Virus record (IMG/VR): IMGVR_UViG_3300028072_000006
Location: 7,416-71,415 of that record
Direction: 5' to 3' (one strand)
Origin: a virus
Taxonomy: Duplodnaviria; Caudoviricetes
DNA: 64,000 bases
Shown: positions 55,092 through 64,000 of the stretch, in pieces
How the letters are laid out: each line of letters starts with the position of its first letter
How positions within the stretch are numbered: the first letter of the stretch is position 1
The notes under the pieces: model-generated
What the model saw: the letters and a program-made list of their open reading frames with translations, nothing else
The model's database searches: none
What the model was told of the DNA's origin: nothing
Program-made: the position numbers and the translations under genes

Positions 55092-56342
55092 ATGTCAGGA
55101 TCGGTCGAGATCAAGAAGATCGCCGTTTGTGGATTGGGGAAGCTAGGTTCTCCGATCGCCGCGGCGTTTTCTTCGTCCGAGATTCCGGTCGTGGGATTTG
55201 ACTTAGACTCGAACAAGGTAAATAAGATCAACAGTCGGATCGCGCCTGTAACTGAGCCCGACTTGGACGAGTACCTGAAGCTGTCGACGGTGCGCAACAA
55301 CCTGCAGGCGACGACACGGGTGGACTACGCCGTCAGCTTGTCGGACGCCTGCTTGTTCGTCACGCCGACCCCGTCGCTGCCGGACGGAAGCTTTGACCAT
55401 TCGCAGCTGACGAACGCGATCATGTCTTTTGCCCGTGAGGTCGCGAAGCAGAAGCGCCGCAACTACTTTTTCATCATCAACTCGACCGTGACCCCGCGGT
55501 TTCTGGACTCGCAGGTGCTGCCGCTCGTCCAACGGTTGTGCAACTCGCTGCACCCCCGAGTGGCTTACAAGCCGGAGTTTATCGCCATCGGAACCGTCTT
55601 GCGAGACCTGCACAACCCAGACTTTCTACTGATCGGCGAGGACAGCGACGGGACAGGTGCCGCGGTGGAGGCTCTGTACCGCAACATGGTGTTCCAGAAT
55701 CCTGAGGTGAAGCACATGGCGTTGATCGAGGCGGAACTCGCAAAGATCTCACTCAACTGTGCCGTTACGATGAAGATCAGCTACGCGAACCAGGTTGGAG
55801 CGGTTGCCCGCAAGCTAGGCGCGGATCCTGTTAAAATTCTAGATGCGGTGGGGACTGACCGGCGGATCGGCAAGTTGGCGCTTCGCCCTGGGTTGCCTTT
55901 CGGCGGGCCCTGCTTTCCGCGCGACAATCGGATGTTCCGCCACGTGGCGAGCACGGTGGGGGAGGGAACGCCGATCGCCGACGCAGTTGACATCATGAAC
56001 CGCCGCGTGCTGCGCGAGCTGCTTGAGCGCGTTCCGCTCCACGGCGACGTAGGAATCTTAGGGTTGGCTTACAAGCCAGGGACTTCGCTGACCGACGAGA
56101 GCGCGGGTATGTTCTGGCGGCACGCGCTGAAGTGCCGCGGCCGGCGCGTCAAGTGCCACGACCCGCAGGCGGAGCACGACAGCACGGTCGAAGAAGTTCT
56201 AGCGTGCGAGACGGTCATCGTCGCTTGCCCGTGGCCGCAGTACCGAGATCTTCGGGTTCCTGATGGAACGGTTGTCTTGGACCCGTCGGACATTGTTCAA
56301 ACGGTGGAAAGGTATCGACCGAATATGGCGGTCAGCGCATGA
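55092..56342 (+). CDS. UDP-glucose/GDP-mannose dehydrogenase family protein
   Basis: GLGKLG Rossmann motif, VPTP-like VTPTP, NSTV, PEF, K...N, FGGPCFPRD, GLAYKP. Confidence 0.9.
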   Translation: MSGSVEIKKIAVCGLGKLGSPIAAAFSSSEIPVVGFDLDSNKVNKINSRIAPVTEPDLDEYLKLSTVRNNLQATTRVDYAVSLSDACLFVTPTPSLPDGSFDHSQLTNAIMSFAREVAKQKRRNYFFIINSTVTPRFLDSQVLPLVQRLCNSLHPRVAYKPEFIAIGTVLRDLHNPDFLLIGEDSDGTGAAVEALYRNMVFQNPEVKHMALIEAELAKISLNCAVTMKISYANQVGAVARKLGADPVKILDAVGTDRRIGKLALRPGLPFGGPCFPRDNRMFRHVASTVGEGTPIADAVDIMNRRVLRELLERVPLHGDVGILGLAYKPGTSLTDESAGMFWRHALKCRGRRVKCHDPQAEHDSTVEEVLACETVIVACPWPQYRDLRVPDGTVVLDPSDIVQTVERYRPNMAVSA

Positions 56343-57118
56343 GCTTGCAAGGTAAGAGTCTTCAGATTATGACGCCGGCGTACGGAGGAATCTTCAGCAT
56401 CAACTACGTCACCTCCCTGCTGCAGCTTGTTTTGAACCTGCAGAAGTACAACATTTCTTTCGGGTACTCGTTCATGCACAACGAGTCGCTGATTCCACGG
56501 GCGAGAAATAAGATCGTGGACATCTTCCGCAAGAAGTCGAAGTTCACTCACGCGGTGTTCATCGACTCGGACATCGGGTTTGACTTCAACGACATCTTGT
56601 CGATGTTGGAGGTCGATCGCGACATCGTCGGCGCAGGCTGCGTCAAGAAAGAAATTCGCTGGGACCGAGTTCAGCAGATTGTCAAGTCCAACGGCAAGCT
56701 GTACTCGCCGGACGAGATGTCGAAGATGGCCGGCAGCTTCGTGGTCAATCCCGCGGCGGGAAGCGCCTGGGAGTTCTCGCTGGGCGAGCCGCTCGAAGTT
56801 AAGGACTTGGGCACGGGCTTGCTGATGATCAAGCGTCAGACGTTCGACAAGTTTGTCGAAGCTTACCCCGACCGTTGGTACGAGCCGCGGTCCGACCTGT
56901 CTTGCTTGCCCGGACCGATCTACGACTTTTTCAGGACGGGGGTCAACGCAGAAACTCGAGAGTACGAGAGCGAGGACTATGGGTTTTGCACCGACTGCCG
57001 CGCCATCGGGCTGAAGGTGTGGTTGTGCCCGTGGATCAAGACAACTCACATGGGGTCGTACACGTTTGTTGGAGACATTCCCATGGTTTGTCAGTTGATG
57101 CAGGCAGAAGGATCTTAA
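56339..57118 (+). CDS. GT-A-like hypothetical protein
   Basis: ESLIPRARN, FIDSDI, SEDYGFC. Confidence 0.6.
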   Translation: MSLQGKSLQIMTPAYGGIFSINYVTSLLQLVLNLQKYNISFGYSFMHNESLIPRARNKIVDIFRKKSKFTHAVFIDSDIGFDFNDILSMLEVDRDIVGAGCVKKEIRWDRVQQIVKSNGKLYSPDEMSKMAGSFVVNPAAGSAWEFSLGEPLEVKDLGTGLLMIKRQTFDKFVEAYPDRWYEPRSDLSCLPGPIYDFFRTGVNAETREYESEDYGFCTDCRAIGLKVWLCPWIKTTHMGSYTFVGDIPMVCQLMQAEGS

Positions 57119-57224
57119 GAAGAAGGCTTGCGTTCGACAGGGCGCAGCGCTTTCATCTCTTGAGAGTGGTGGGCGGCGAAAGGAACAGTGGACTCCTCGC
57201 GCCGCCCACGCTAAGAGAGGAACG

Positions 57225-58103
57225 ATGACAGCGAACTTGATTGATCTAACTTGGCTTTCAGTCGTCAAGGACCGCGCGGGCATCAAGGGACCGGGTCAAG
57301 ACGCTGAGATCCAGGCAGCCATCACGGGCTTCAGCAAGTGGGTACTGAGCTGGGCGGAAGTTCCGACGCTGAACTCGGTCGCGACGCTGACGGAGATTTA
57401 CGACGGCAACGGCAACGACCGCTTGTACCTGCGCGGCAGGCCCGTGCTGTCCGTCAGCTCGGTGACTGCCAACGGCACGTTCGCTTACCCAGTTGTAAAT
57501 CCTGGAGACTTGAGCTCGTCAGGAGTTTTCATCGAGGACGGCAAGCGGTCCATCGCCATTCGCATGGGGACGTTTGCGGCGACCACGTTCTCCGCGCTGG
57601 GCAGATCATTTTACCTTGGCGGTCTTAATTTTCCGATCGGCACGGGAAACATCCAAGTCGCTTACAGCTGCGGGTACCCGCCGGTCACGATCTTCGACGA
57701 AGTAAACACGATCACCAACCAGACGATCACGCTGCAGGTTCAACCCTGGGTCGCTGACGCGGGCGTCGTGTCCTACCCATCTTTGAGCCCGCTGGTCAAA
57801 GTCGCGAACAGTCCGGCCAGCGGGCAGTACGCGGTCACCGTAAACGGTCTGTATGTTTTCAACGTGGCGGACAACGGGCTGCAGGTCGCCGTCAGCTACC
57901 AAGTCAACCAAGCTCCCTTCGACTTGGAGACGGCGGTCCGCAACATCGTGGCGATCAACGCGATCCGCAAGTCGACCTTGGACCTGTCCACGCGGGGGAC
58001 GACGTCGGCGGGGACGAACGCGACCACGGGCTACCGAAACTGGGCGTGGCCGCCGGAGTACCAAAAGGTCTTGGACAACTACCAGAGAAAGAGCTTGACG
58101 TGA
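57225..58103 (+). CDS. Head-tail adaptor / head completion protein
   Basis: gp6-like layout (E.YDG.G...L.L...PV..V...Y..GY) with insertion; position. Confidence 0.65.
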   Translation: MTANLIDLTWLSVVKDRAGIKGPGQDAEIQAAITGFSKWVLSWAEVPTLNSVATLTEIYDGNGNDRLYLRGRPVLSVSSVTANGTFAYPVVNPGDLSSSGVFIEDGKRSIAIRMGTFAATTFSALGRSFYLGGLNFPIGTGNIQVAYSCGYPPVTIFDEVNTITNQTITLQVQPWVADAGVVSYPSLSPLVKVANSPASGQYAVTVNGLYVFNVADNGLQVAVSYQVNQAPFDLETAVRNIVAINAIRKSTLDLSTRGTTSAGTNATTGYRNWAWPPEYQKVLDNYQRKSLT

Positions 58104-58684
58104 TCCGAATCTCCTTCGGCAACAGCGCGCAGTTTACCGCCGCTCTTAAAGCTCGACGCGAGCGCTTCGAGATTGAGATGTCGCGCGCGCTGGACATCTC
58201 GATGCTCGAGCTGCAGAAGAGGATCCAGCAGAAGCTGTCGGGCGAGGTCCTGAAGCAGCGCACCGGAAAGCTGATCGCCTCGGTGAATAAGAACCCCGTG
58301 GTCGTGGCGGGAAACAAGATCTCGGCGATGGTCACTTCGAGCGCGGGTCCCGCCTACTACGGCAGGATCCAAGAGCTGGGCAGCCCGTCCTCGTACCCGA
58401 TCTACCCGAAGAACAAACTAGCGCTCGCGTTCTTTCCGTCAGGCTCGGCGGGCGGCGGCTTCGGCCGGACCGCGCTGACCAAGCTGCGTTTCGCCGCCGG
58501 CAGCAAGCGCGGCAGCTTGCGGCCGCAGCAGTACGGAAATTTTTCAGCGGCAGGCGGCATCGTCGTCAAGAGCGTGGTTCACCCGCCGATCCAAGCTCGC
58601 CCGTTTATGTCAACGTCGCTTGAAGAGCTTCGCGGTCAAATCATCTCGCGCTTGCGCGAAGCGGCAATCAAGGCGGTAAGCTGA
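58100..58684 (+). CDS. Neck/tail component (HK97 gp10-like)
   Basis: RTGKL..S, Y..IQELG, HP...ARPFM. Confidence 0.65.
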   Translation: MIRISFGNSAQFTAALKARRERFEIEMSRALDISMLELQKRIQQKLSGEVLKQRTGKLIASVNKNPVVVAGNKISAMVTSSAGPAYYGRIQELGSPSSYPIYPKNKLALAFFPSGSAGGGFGRTALTKLRFAAGSKRGSLRPQQYGNFSAAGGIVVKSVVHPPIQARPFMSTSLEELRGQIISRLREAAIKAVS

Positions 58685-59178
58685 TGGCGACCTCCTTCGA
58701 CGACCTTGACTATCTCGAGAGCGTCTACGCGGCGCTGTTCGCCCACGTGCAGACGGCGGTGTTCGCGGCAGGGATCACGCTGCAGACCTCAACCAGGGAC
58801 GTGGTCATTCCCGACAACCCGCTAACGCGTTACCCCGACCAGCCGGCGCTGGTTCAATTCAACGGCCCAGCCCACGTGGAGCAGACCAAATTTAACTTGC
58901 CGAAGTGGACCATCACCGCGCTCGTGGCAATATACTTTCGAGCTGATGCTGCGGTTATCAAGGACCCGTTGCCGGCCACGATGGCAAATCGTCTTGTGTG
59001 GGGGATCAAGAAAATATTTGACACGACCCCTCCGTACGAGAAGCAAACGCTAGGAGGACTCGTCTATCATGCATGGATTGAAGGAGAAGTAGCTATGGAG
59101 GTGCAAGACAACCAGGCGGTCATCACCATTCCCATCTGGATGCTCGCGGGTGACGTTGGGTCGACCGCCGCGGGGTAG
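58684..59178 (+). CDS. Tail completion/terminator-like protein
   Basis: Position directly before the tail tube gene. Confidence 0.5.
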   Translation: MATSFDDLDYLESVYAALFAHVQTAVFAAGITLQTSTRDVVIPDNPLTRYPDQPALVQFNGPAHVEQTKFNLPKWTITALVAIYFRADAAVIKDPLPATMANRLVWGIKKIFDTTPPYEKQTLGGLVYHAWIEGEVAMEVQDNQAVITIPIWMLAGDVGSTAAG

Positions 59179-59239
59179 AAAAAGATTTAACGCTCAACTT
59201 CGAACCTGTCGCGAACGTTTGAGCTAAAGGAGAATAACA

Positions 59240-59983
59240 TTGAGTAACATTCAGTTCGGAACTGGAGTGGTTTACGGAAAACCGACAGCGGGAAATTTGC
59301 CTTCGTTTCCGAGCCCATTTCGCTTCGGCGTTGTGCAAGAGGTAACCGTCGACTTTAAAGCTGACCTCAAGAAACTCTTCTCGCAGCAACAGTTTCCTGT
59401 CGCCACCGCGCGCGGTAAGGTCGATGTAACAATCAAGGGAAAGCTCGCAGTGTTCGATCCGAACCTGCTCAACCAGCTGTACTTCGCGCAGCCCGCGGTC
59501 TCCGGCCGGCCGCAGATCGCCGACGGTGAGCTTCACACCGTCAACACGGCGGCGGTCACCGTCACCAACACGCCGATCCTCGAAGACTGGGGCGTGCAGT
59601 ATAAGGCCACTGGGCAACAGCTGATCAACGCCGGCGGCTTGACCCCCAACGTCGGACAGTACAATGTCAACCTGACCAGCGGCGTGTACACGTTCGCCGC
59701 CGGAGACAACACCAACGTGGTCGCGGTGTCCTACACCTACCAGGTCAACTCGGGCACGACCATCACGCTGGCTAGCCAGCTCATGGGCTACGCTCCGGAG
59801 CTGACGATGCTGCTGTACAACAACTTCCGCAACAAGTACTTCGCGGTCGAGCTGAACGACGTCACGCTAGGCTCGATCTCAATTCCGACGAAGCTCGAAG
59901 ACTTCTGGATCTCGGACTTCGACGGCGGCGCGAACGCGGACCAGTCTGGAACGCTGGGCCGGCTGTTGATGGATAACTTCTAA
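59240..59983 (+). CDS. Major tail (tube) protein
   Basis: AAGGAG RBS; FG.VQEVTVDF..D.K.LF pattern; precedes chaperone and tape measure. Confidence 0.7.
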   Translation: MSNIQFGTGVVYGKPTAGNLPSFPSPFRFGVVQEVTVDFKADLKKLFSQQQFPVATARGKVDVTIKGKLAVFDPNLLNQLYFAQPAVSGRPQIADGELHTVNTAAVTVTNTPILEDWGVQYKATGQQLINAGGLTPNVGQYNVNLTSGVYTFAAGDNTNVVAVSYTYQVNSGTTITLASQLMGYAPELTMLLYNNFRNKYFAVELNDVTLGSISIPTKLEDFWISDFDGGANADQSGTLGRLLMDNF

Positions 59984-60063
59984 AAAGTCCTCGCTCCCGC
60001 AAGGGACCAAGCTGGGGGCCGCGCATCCAGAGGAAAACGCGGATTTTTTCTAAGGAGAAACGT

Positions 60064-60420
60064 ATGGCTGAGAACAACGGCAACGGCAGGATGAAGTTCG
60101 ACGGAACCCCCGTGTTCATGGGAGGTCAAGATTGGGTCGTCCCGTCGCTGAGCACGGTACAGGCCAAGACGTACTGGCCGAAGATGGTTGAAATGGACGA
60201 AGGAGTAACGGTCGAGAATTTTCCGGAGAAGCGCTGGGTGGGGGTTGAGATCATTCACGCCGCGATGTCAAGAAATTATCCGGCGCTGACGATCGACGAA
60301 GTCGGTGAAATGGTCGACCTGATGAACTTTCGCCGGTTAATCTTGATCGTGTCGGGACAGCCAAATGCGGTTCCTGCCCCGGGGCCCGTGCCGGTCGCCG
60401 CATCTCAAAGCGTCAAGTAG
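60064..60420 (+). CDS. Tail assembly chaperone (G)
   Basis: Between tail tube and tape measure; overlapping open -1 frame continues to 60743. Confidence 0.65.
   Translation: MAENNGNGRMKFDGTPVFMGGQDWVVPSLSTVQAKTYWPKMVEMDEGVTVENFPEKRWVGVEIIHAAMSRNYPALTIDEVGEMVDLMNFRRLILIVSGQPNAVPAPGPVPVAASQSVK
60378..60384 (+). other. Candidate -1 frameshift site C CCG GGG giving a G-T-type fusion ending at 60743
   Basis: X XXY YYZ heptamer in the correct phase; -1 frame is open and protein-like (DWTWIYGTVIELTGWTWEYLD...). Confidence 0.5.
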
Positions 60421-60744
60421 ACTGGACCTGGATCTACGGGACAGTCATCGAGCTGACCGGCTGGACGTGGGAGTACCTTGACGGGCTGGATGTTTCAAAG
60501 ACTTTGGAGCTTCTGACTTACCTTGAGAGCAAGAGCGCGGCACAAGCAGAAGCTCAAACAGAGGCGAGTCCGTACCGCGAAGTTAGCGAAGCAGAAGCTG
60601 AGGAAAAGTTTAACTGGGCGGCGAGCAAGAATGAAATTTTTGACAAGTCTCCGTTCTACAACACGGGGGACGGAATATCAGAGAGGATGAGAGCTGATAT
60701 TCTCTGGGCGGAGCAGATGAAGTTGAAGATGAAAGCGAGCTGAG

Positions 60745-63666
60745 ATGGCGTCGGATACAGTTCTCGAAGCGGGAGTCGTGATTGACCTGTCGCAGGTCGG
60801 TCCGAGCCTCGACAACCTCACCAACCAGACGCAAGCGGCGACCGTCAAGATGCGTGAGAGTTTCGAGTCTGCGGCCGCCGCCGACGAGTCGGTCATCCAC
60901 AAGGTGACGGCTGCTTCGGACGAAGCCTTGAAGGGTTTCGCGAAGCTTCACGGCGGCGGCATCCTCGCCTTCGACGCACTGCGCGCGAAGGTGATCGAGT
61001 CGACCGCCGAAGTCGGCCGCCTGCGGAACGAGATCCTGCAAACGGACGATCAGGCGAAGCTCGCGCAGCTGCGAGCCTCCTTGGCCCAGGCCACGGCGGA
61101 GATGTCGGCCGCGCGCACCGAGCTGCGAGCGATGCGCTTCGAGGCAGCGGAGGCGACTGAGAAACTAAATTTAATGGGTGAGTCTCTAGGGGTTAGACTC
61201 CCTGGAGCTCTGGGGCAGCTGTTGGGACGATTGCCTGCGGTGCAAGCGGCCATGGCAGCTGCCTTCCAGATTACCTTGGTCGCCTTCTTCATCAGCATGA
61301 TCAAGGAGGGGATCGAGAAGCTTGGCGAGCTGGGCGAAGAGGCTGCGGGCTTCGGCCGCGAGGCGCAGAAGGCGTACCAGGACGTCTTGAACGCCAACCA
61401 AAAGGCGATCGTCAGCAGCATCGAGCTGCAGGATAAGATCCGGGAAATTTCAACGGTAGGAACGCAGGGTGTCGTCAAATTTGCTCTCGAGCAGAAGAAC
61501 AGCGCCGCGGCGATCCGCGACATGGGCGCCGAGCTGGGCCGCGCGAACCGGGCTCTCGCCGACCAGCAAGAGAAGATGCAGCACCTGCGCAACGCAGCTG
61601 ACTTCTGGCACGACCCGCTGTACGGTCTGACCGGGGCGACCACGGCGTTGAAGGAGGGAGAGGCGGAGCTCGAACGGTACAAGCGCACCGTGGAGGAACT
61701 CGAGCCGAAGGTTCGCGAGGCGCTGGCCTTCAAGCGGCCCAAGGAGGAGGCCACCGAGGCGGCGGCGGAGCGCGACCGTCTTATCGCGGACGAGACCGCC
61801 TCAATGGCGGCGCGCAAGCGTATCAACGACTCGTACATCAGCTACTACGAGTCGGGAATCCGGCAGCTTGCGGCGTCGCACCAGATCACGCAGGAGGCTG
61901 AGGTCGAGGCGGAGATCTCCGCCGTTAACGCGCGGCTCGAGGTGCAGCGCGAGTACACCCGCGAGCGGCTGGCGCTGTTGGCGCAAGAGGCCAAGACGGG
62001 AAAGAACGTAACCCCCGAAGTAACGGGGCTGAAGGCTGATCAAGCGGCGCAGGAAGCTGATGCGCAGCGCAAGATCAACGAGATCCGCAACAACGCGGAG
62101 ATCGAGCGTCTGGCTCATGACAACGTTGTTTCACTGGCTCTCGCTGAGTCAACCCGATCGGGAGCCGAGGCTGAAGCAAACTACGTCAAGCAGAGCGCCC
62201 GTGAGGAACTGGATTCGCGCAAGATCGGCATCGACCAGTACGTCGAGATCGTCAAGGCGGCTAACGCAAAGATTATCGAGGAGGATCGTTCGCTGTTGGA
62301 AGAGCGGCTGCGCATCGCGAGCAAGAACCCTTACGCGAATCAAGCCGACATCATCTCGATCAATCAACAGGTCGCCAACTTGAAGCAGAAGCAGCTCGCG
62401 GACGAAGCGGCGCTTGACGCTGAAGCGGCCAAGAAACGCATCGCCGACGAGAAGCGCGCAGCGGAAGAAACTCTGCGCAACACAATTCAGATCGCGAACA
62501 TCCAAGAGACTGCGGCGAAGCAATCCGACGAACGCCGACTGCGCGATCACGAGATCACGCTGACCGAGTGGGCCAACCTTGAACGAGCCGCGCTCGACAA
62601 GTGGAAGAATGACCAGCTCGCAGCGCTCGAGGCGAACGCTGAAGTTCAAAAGCGGTTGTTCGGCGAGCAGTCCACGGAGTACCGCCGTGTCCTCGACGAG
62701 ATGAGCCAGCTGCAGCTCAAGTGGGAGAACGACGTCGATCGCATTAACCAGCAGGTTGCTGCTCGCTTCCAACAGACGATGAACGTTATCTCGGGCTCGT
62801 TCAGCAATGCCTTCGGGCGTATGCTCACCGAGCACACGAGGTTCGCGAATGTGGCCGCAAACTTCTGGAACGAAATGGTTCGCGGCTGGGCGAACATGGG
62901 CTTGCAGATCGTCGCCAATTACGTTCAGACGCTCGCTAAGATTGTTGTCCAGGAAACCCTGACGGCCCTGCGCATCAACGTTATTCACTCTGGATCGGTC
63001 ACCGCTAAGAAAGCAACCGAATCTTTGTGGGATGAGTTTCTAACCGCGATCGGAGTAAAACGAGTTGCGCAAACCACCACTGAGGAAGTTGCGAAGACGT
63101 CAGAAACAACCACGGGGGTCGCTACCCGGCAAGCGGTTGAGACTGCTGGAGCCGCTGAGGCCATCGCCACCACCGTGGCAAAGAATGACGCCATTGTTGT
63201 ATCTGAAGCCGGAGCAGCTGGAGCCGCAGCCTACGCCTCAGCGATGGCTGCCTTGCCGTTCCCAGCAAACGTTGCTGCCGCTCCGGCGTTCATGGCAGAA
63301 GCAATTGCTACCGCGCTGTCCAACCTAGGGTTGGCCTCCGCGGCGGAGGGCGGCGTCCTCGACAAGGACCGCCTCGTGCAGGCCCACGCGAAGGAAATGA
63401 TCCTGCCTGCGCCGATCTCCACGGGTTTGCAGAACGTGGTCAACGCCGGTGGGTTGAACGCTCCGACCGGTGCCCCGTCGGCGCTCGCCCCGCGGGCCGC
63501 GAGCCCGGGCGGACCGACCAACCAGACGGTCAACAACCACCACACCACCCAAAACTTTGAGGTCAACCTTCACCACAGCGGACCTGACGCACGACAAGTT
63601 CTTGACAAGGAACTTCTTCCCCGTGTTCGTCAGCTGATGCGTAAGGGAGTGTTGCCCAGTGTCTAA
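60745..63666 (+). CDS. Tape measure protein
   Basis: 973 aa, Ala/Glu-rich helical, follows the chaperone pair. Confidence 0.85.
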   Translation: MASDTVLEAGVVIDLSQVGPSLDNLTNQTQAATVKMRESFESAAAADESVIHKVTAASDEALKGFAKLHGGGILAFDALRAKVIESTAEVGRLRNEILQTDDQAKLAQLRASLAQATAEMSAARTELRAMRFEAAEATEKLNLMGESLGVRLPGALGQLLGRLPAVQAAMAAAFQITLVAFFISMIKEGIEKLGELGEEAAGFGREAQKAYQDVLNANQKAIVSSIELQDKIREISTVGTQGVVKFALEQKNSAAAIRDMGAELGRANRALADQQEKMQHLRNAADFWHDPLYGLTGATTALKEGEAELERYKRTVEELEPKVREALAFKRPKEEATEAAAERDRLIADETASMAARKRINDSYISYYESGIRQLAASHQITQEAEVEAEISAVNARLEVQREYTRERLALLAQEAKTGKNVTPEVTGLKADQAAQEADAQRKINEIRNNAEIERLAHDNVVSLALAESTRSGAEAEANYVKQSAREELDSRKIGIDQYVEIVKAANAKIIEEDRSLLEERLRIASKNPYANQADIISINQQVANLKQKQLADEAALDAEAAKKRIADEKRAAEETLRNTIQIANIQETAAKQSDERRLRDHEITLTEWANLERAALDKWKNDQLAALEANAEVQKRLFGEQSTEYRRVLDEMSQLQLKWENDVDRINQQVAARFQQTMNVISGSFSNAFGRMLTEHTRFANVAANFWNEMVRGWANMGLQIVANYVQTLAKIVVQETLTALRINVIHSGSVTAKKATESLWDEFLTAIGVKRVAQTTTEEVAKTSETTTGVATRQAVETAGAAEAIATTVAKNDAIVVSEAGAAGAAAYASAMAALPFPANVAAAPAFMAEAIATALSNLGLASAAEGGVLDKDRLVQAHAKEMILPAPISTGLQNVVNAGGLNAPTGAPSALAPRAASPGGPTNQTVNNHHTTQNFEVNLHHSGPDARQVLDKELLPRVRQLMRKGVLPSV

Positions 63667-64000
63667 CTCGATCTATCCGTTCCAGCTCGACGCGCGCTGC
63701 CTAGCGTACACAGTTACGCGTTCGATGGCGTACGACACTGAGATTCAGTCGTCTCCGACTAAGGTTGAGTTTCGTCTCTCGCAACAGTACAACCCGATTT
63801 GGAAGTACATCTTGATCTACGAGCTGTTGAAAGACATTCCGAACGACCTGATTCCCGGGTTGGTCGACACTGACCTGCGAACTCTGGTTGGGTTTTACGG
63901 GCGGATGAGTGGACAGTTTGACGACTTTCTATTCGACGACCCGGACGACAACTCGGTGGGCCCGGGCCTGCTGCCTGACGGGTCGTCGAATAGAAAGTCG
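63659..64000 (+). CDS. Distal tail protein, DUF2460-like (partial, runs off the window)
   Basis: GTG 63659; VEFRLSQ..NP.W.Y.L.YE.L...GF..RMSGQFDDFLFDDPDD. Confidence 0.6.
   Translation, partial: MSNSIYPFQLDARCLAYTVTRSMAYDTEIQSSPTKVEFRLSQQYNPIWKYILIYELLKDIPNDLIPGLVDTDLRTLVGFYGRMSGQFDDFLFDDPDDNSVGPGLLPDGSSNRKS

Noticed and set aside
57161-57211. Hairpin GTGGGCGGCG/CGCCGCCCAC before the neck genes as a novel RNA
   Set aside because: A single stem-loop next to an RBS; adequately explained as an ordinary stabiliser or translational control element.
6540-60330. Other CTGATGA/CTGACGA occurrences (e.g. near 6545, 11735, 25829, 34859, 36345, 60320)
   Set aside because: Mostly inside coding sequence and I could not find the GAAA, UH and three-stem context around them.
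375-63566. Long minus-strand ORFs (e.g. 16346-17665, 23913-25250, 35153-36772)
   Set aside because: Antisense shadows of high-GC + strand genes; Arg/Ala/Pro-rich translations with no motifs or RBS.
1-64000. Integrase, repressor or endolysin
   Set aside because: None recognisable here; lifestyle and lysis system cannot be judged from this partial genome.

Overview
This window is a 64-kb piece of a GC-rich tailed dsDNA phage genome, probably siphovirus-like (tail tube, tail-assembly chaperone and tape measure, no sheath seen). All credible genes are on the + strand. Order: (1) 1-5.8 kb, small early-type genes; (2) 6.5-25 kb, DNA modification, nucleotide metabolism and replication (C5 methyltransferase, dNMP kinase/UDG-like fusion, thymidylate-synthase-family enzyme with the dCMP-type Asp, dCMP deaminase, PolA, GT-B-like protein, nuclease, MazG-like protein, Flp pilin, SNF2 helicase, primase-helicase); (3) 25-31 kb, small mosaic accessory genes; (4) a repeat-rich non-coding gap, then terminase, portal-MuF fusion, fibre-like proteins, two signal-peptide glycoside hydrolases, protease, scaffold and major capsid; (5) a seven-gene glycan biosynthesis cluster inside the structural operon; (6) neck and tail genes to the window end. 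The standout feature is an array of nine type II hammerhead ribozymes in the first 3.9 kb, one at nearly every gene boundary. Each has an intact CUGAnGA/GAAA core, a GUC cleavage triplet and covarying stems; each sits just after (or overlaps) the upstream stop codon and just before an AGGAGAG ribosome-binding site. This predicts that the early transcript cuts itself into gene-sized RNAs that might circularise. Other leads: a tRNA-like leader at a predicted transcription start, two unexplained structured intergenic RNAs, a probable cytosine hypermodification pathway, a phage-borne Flp pilin, and possible virion glycosylation. An Acidobacteriota-like host is a weak inference. No database searches or folding programs were run; all calls come from reading the sequence.
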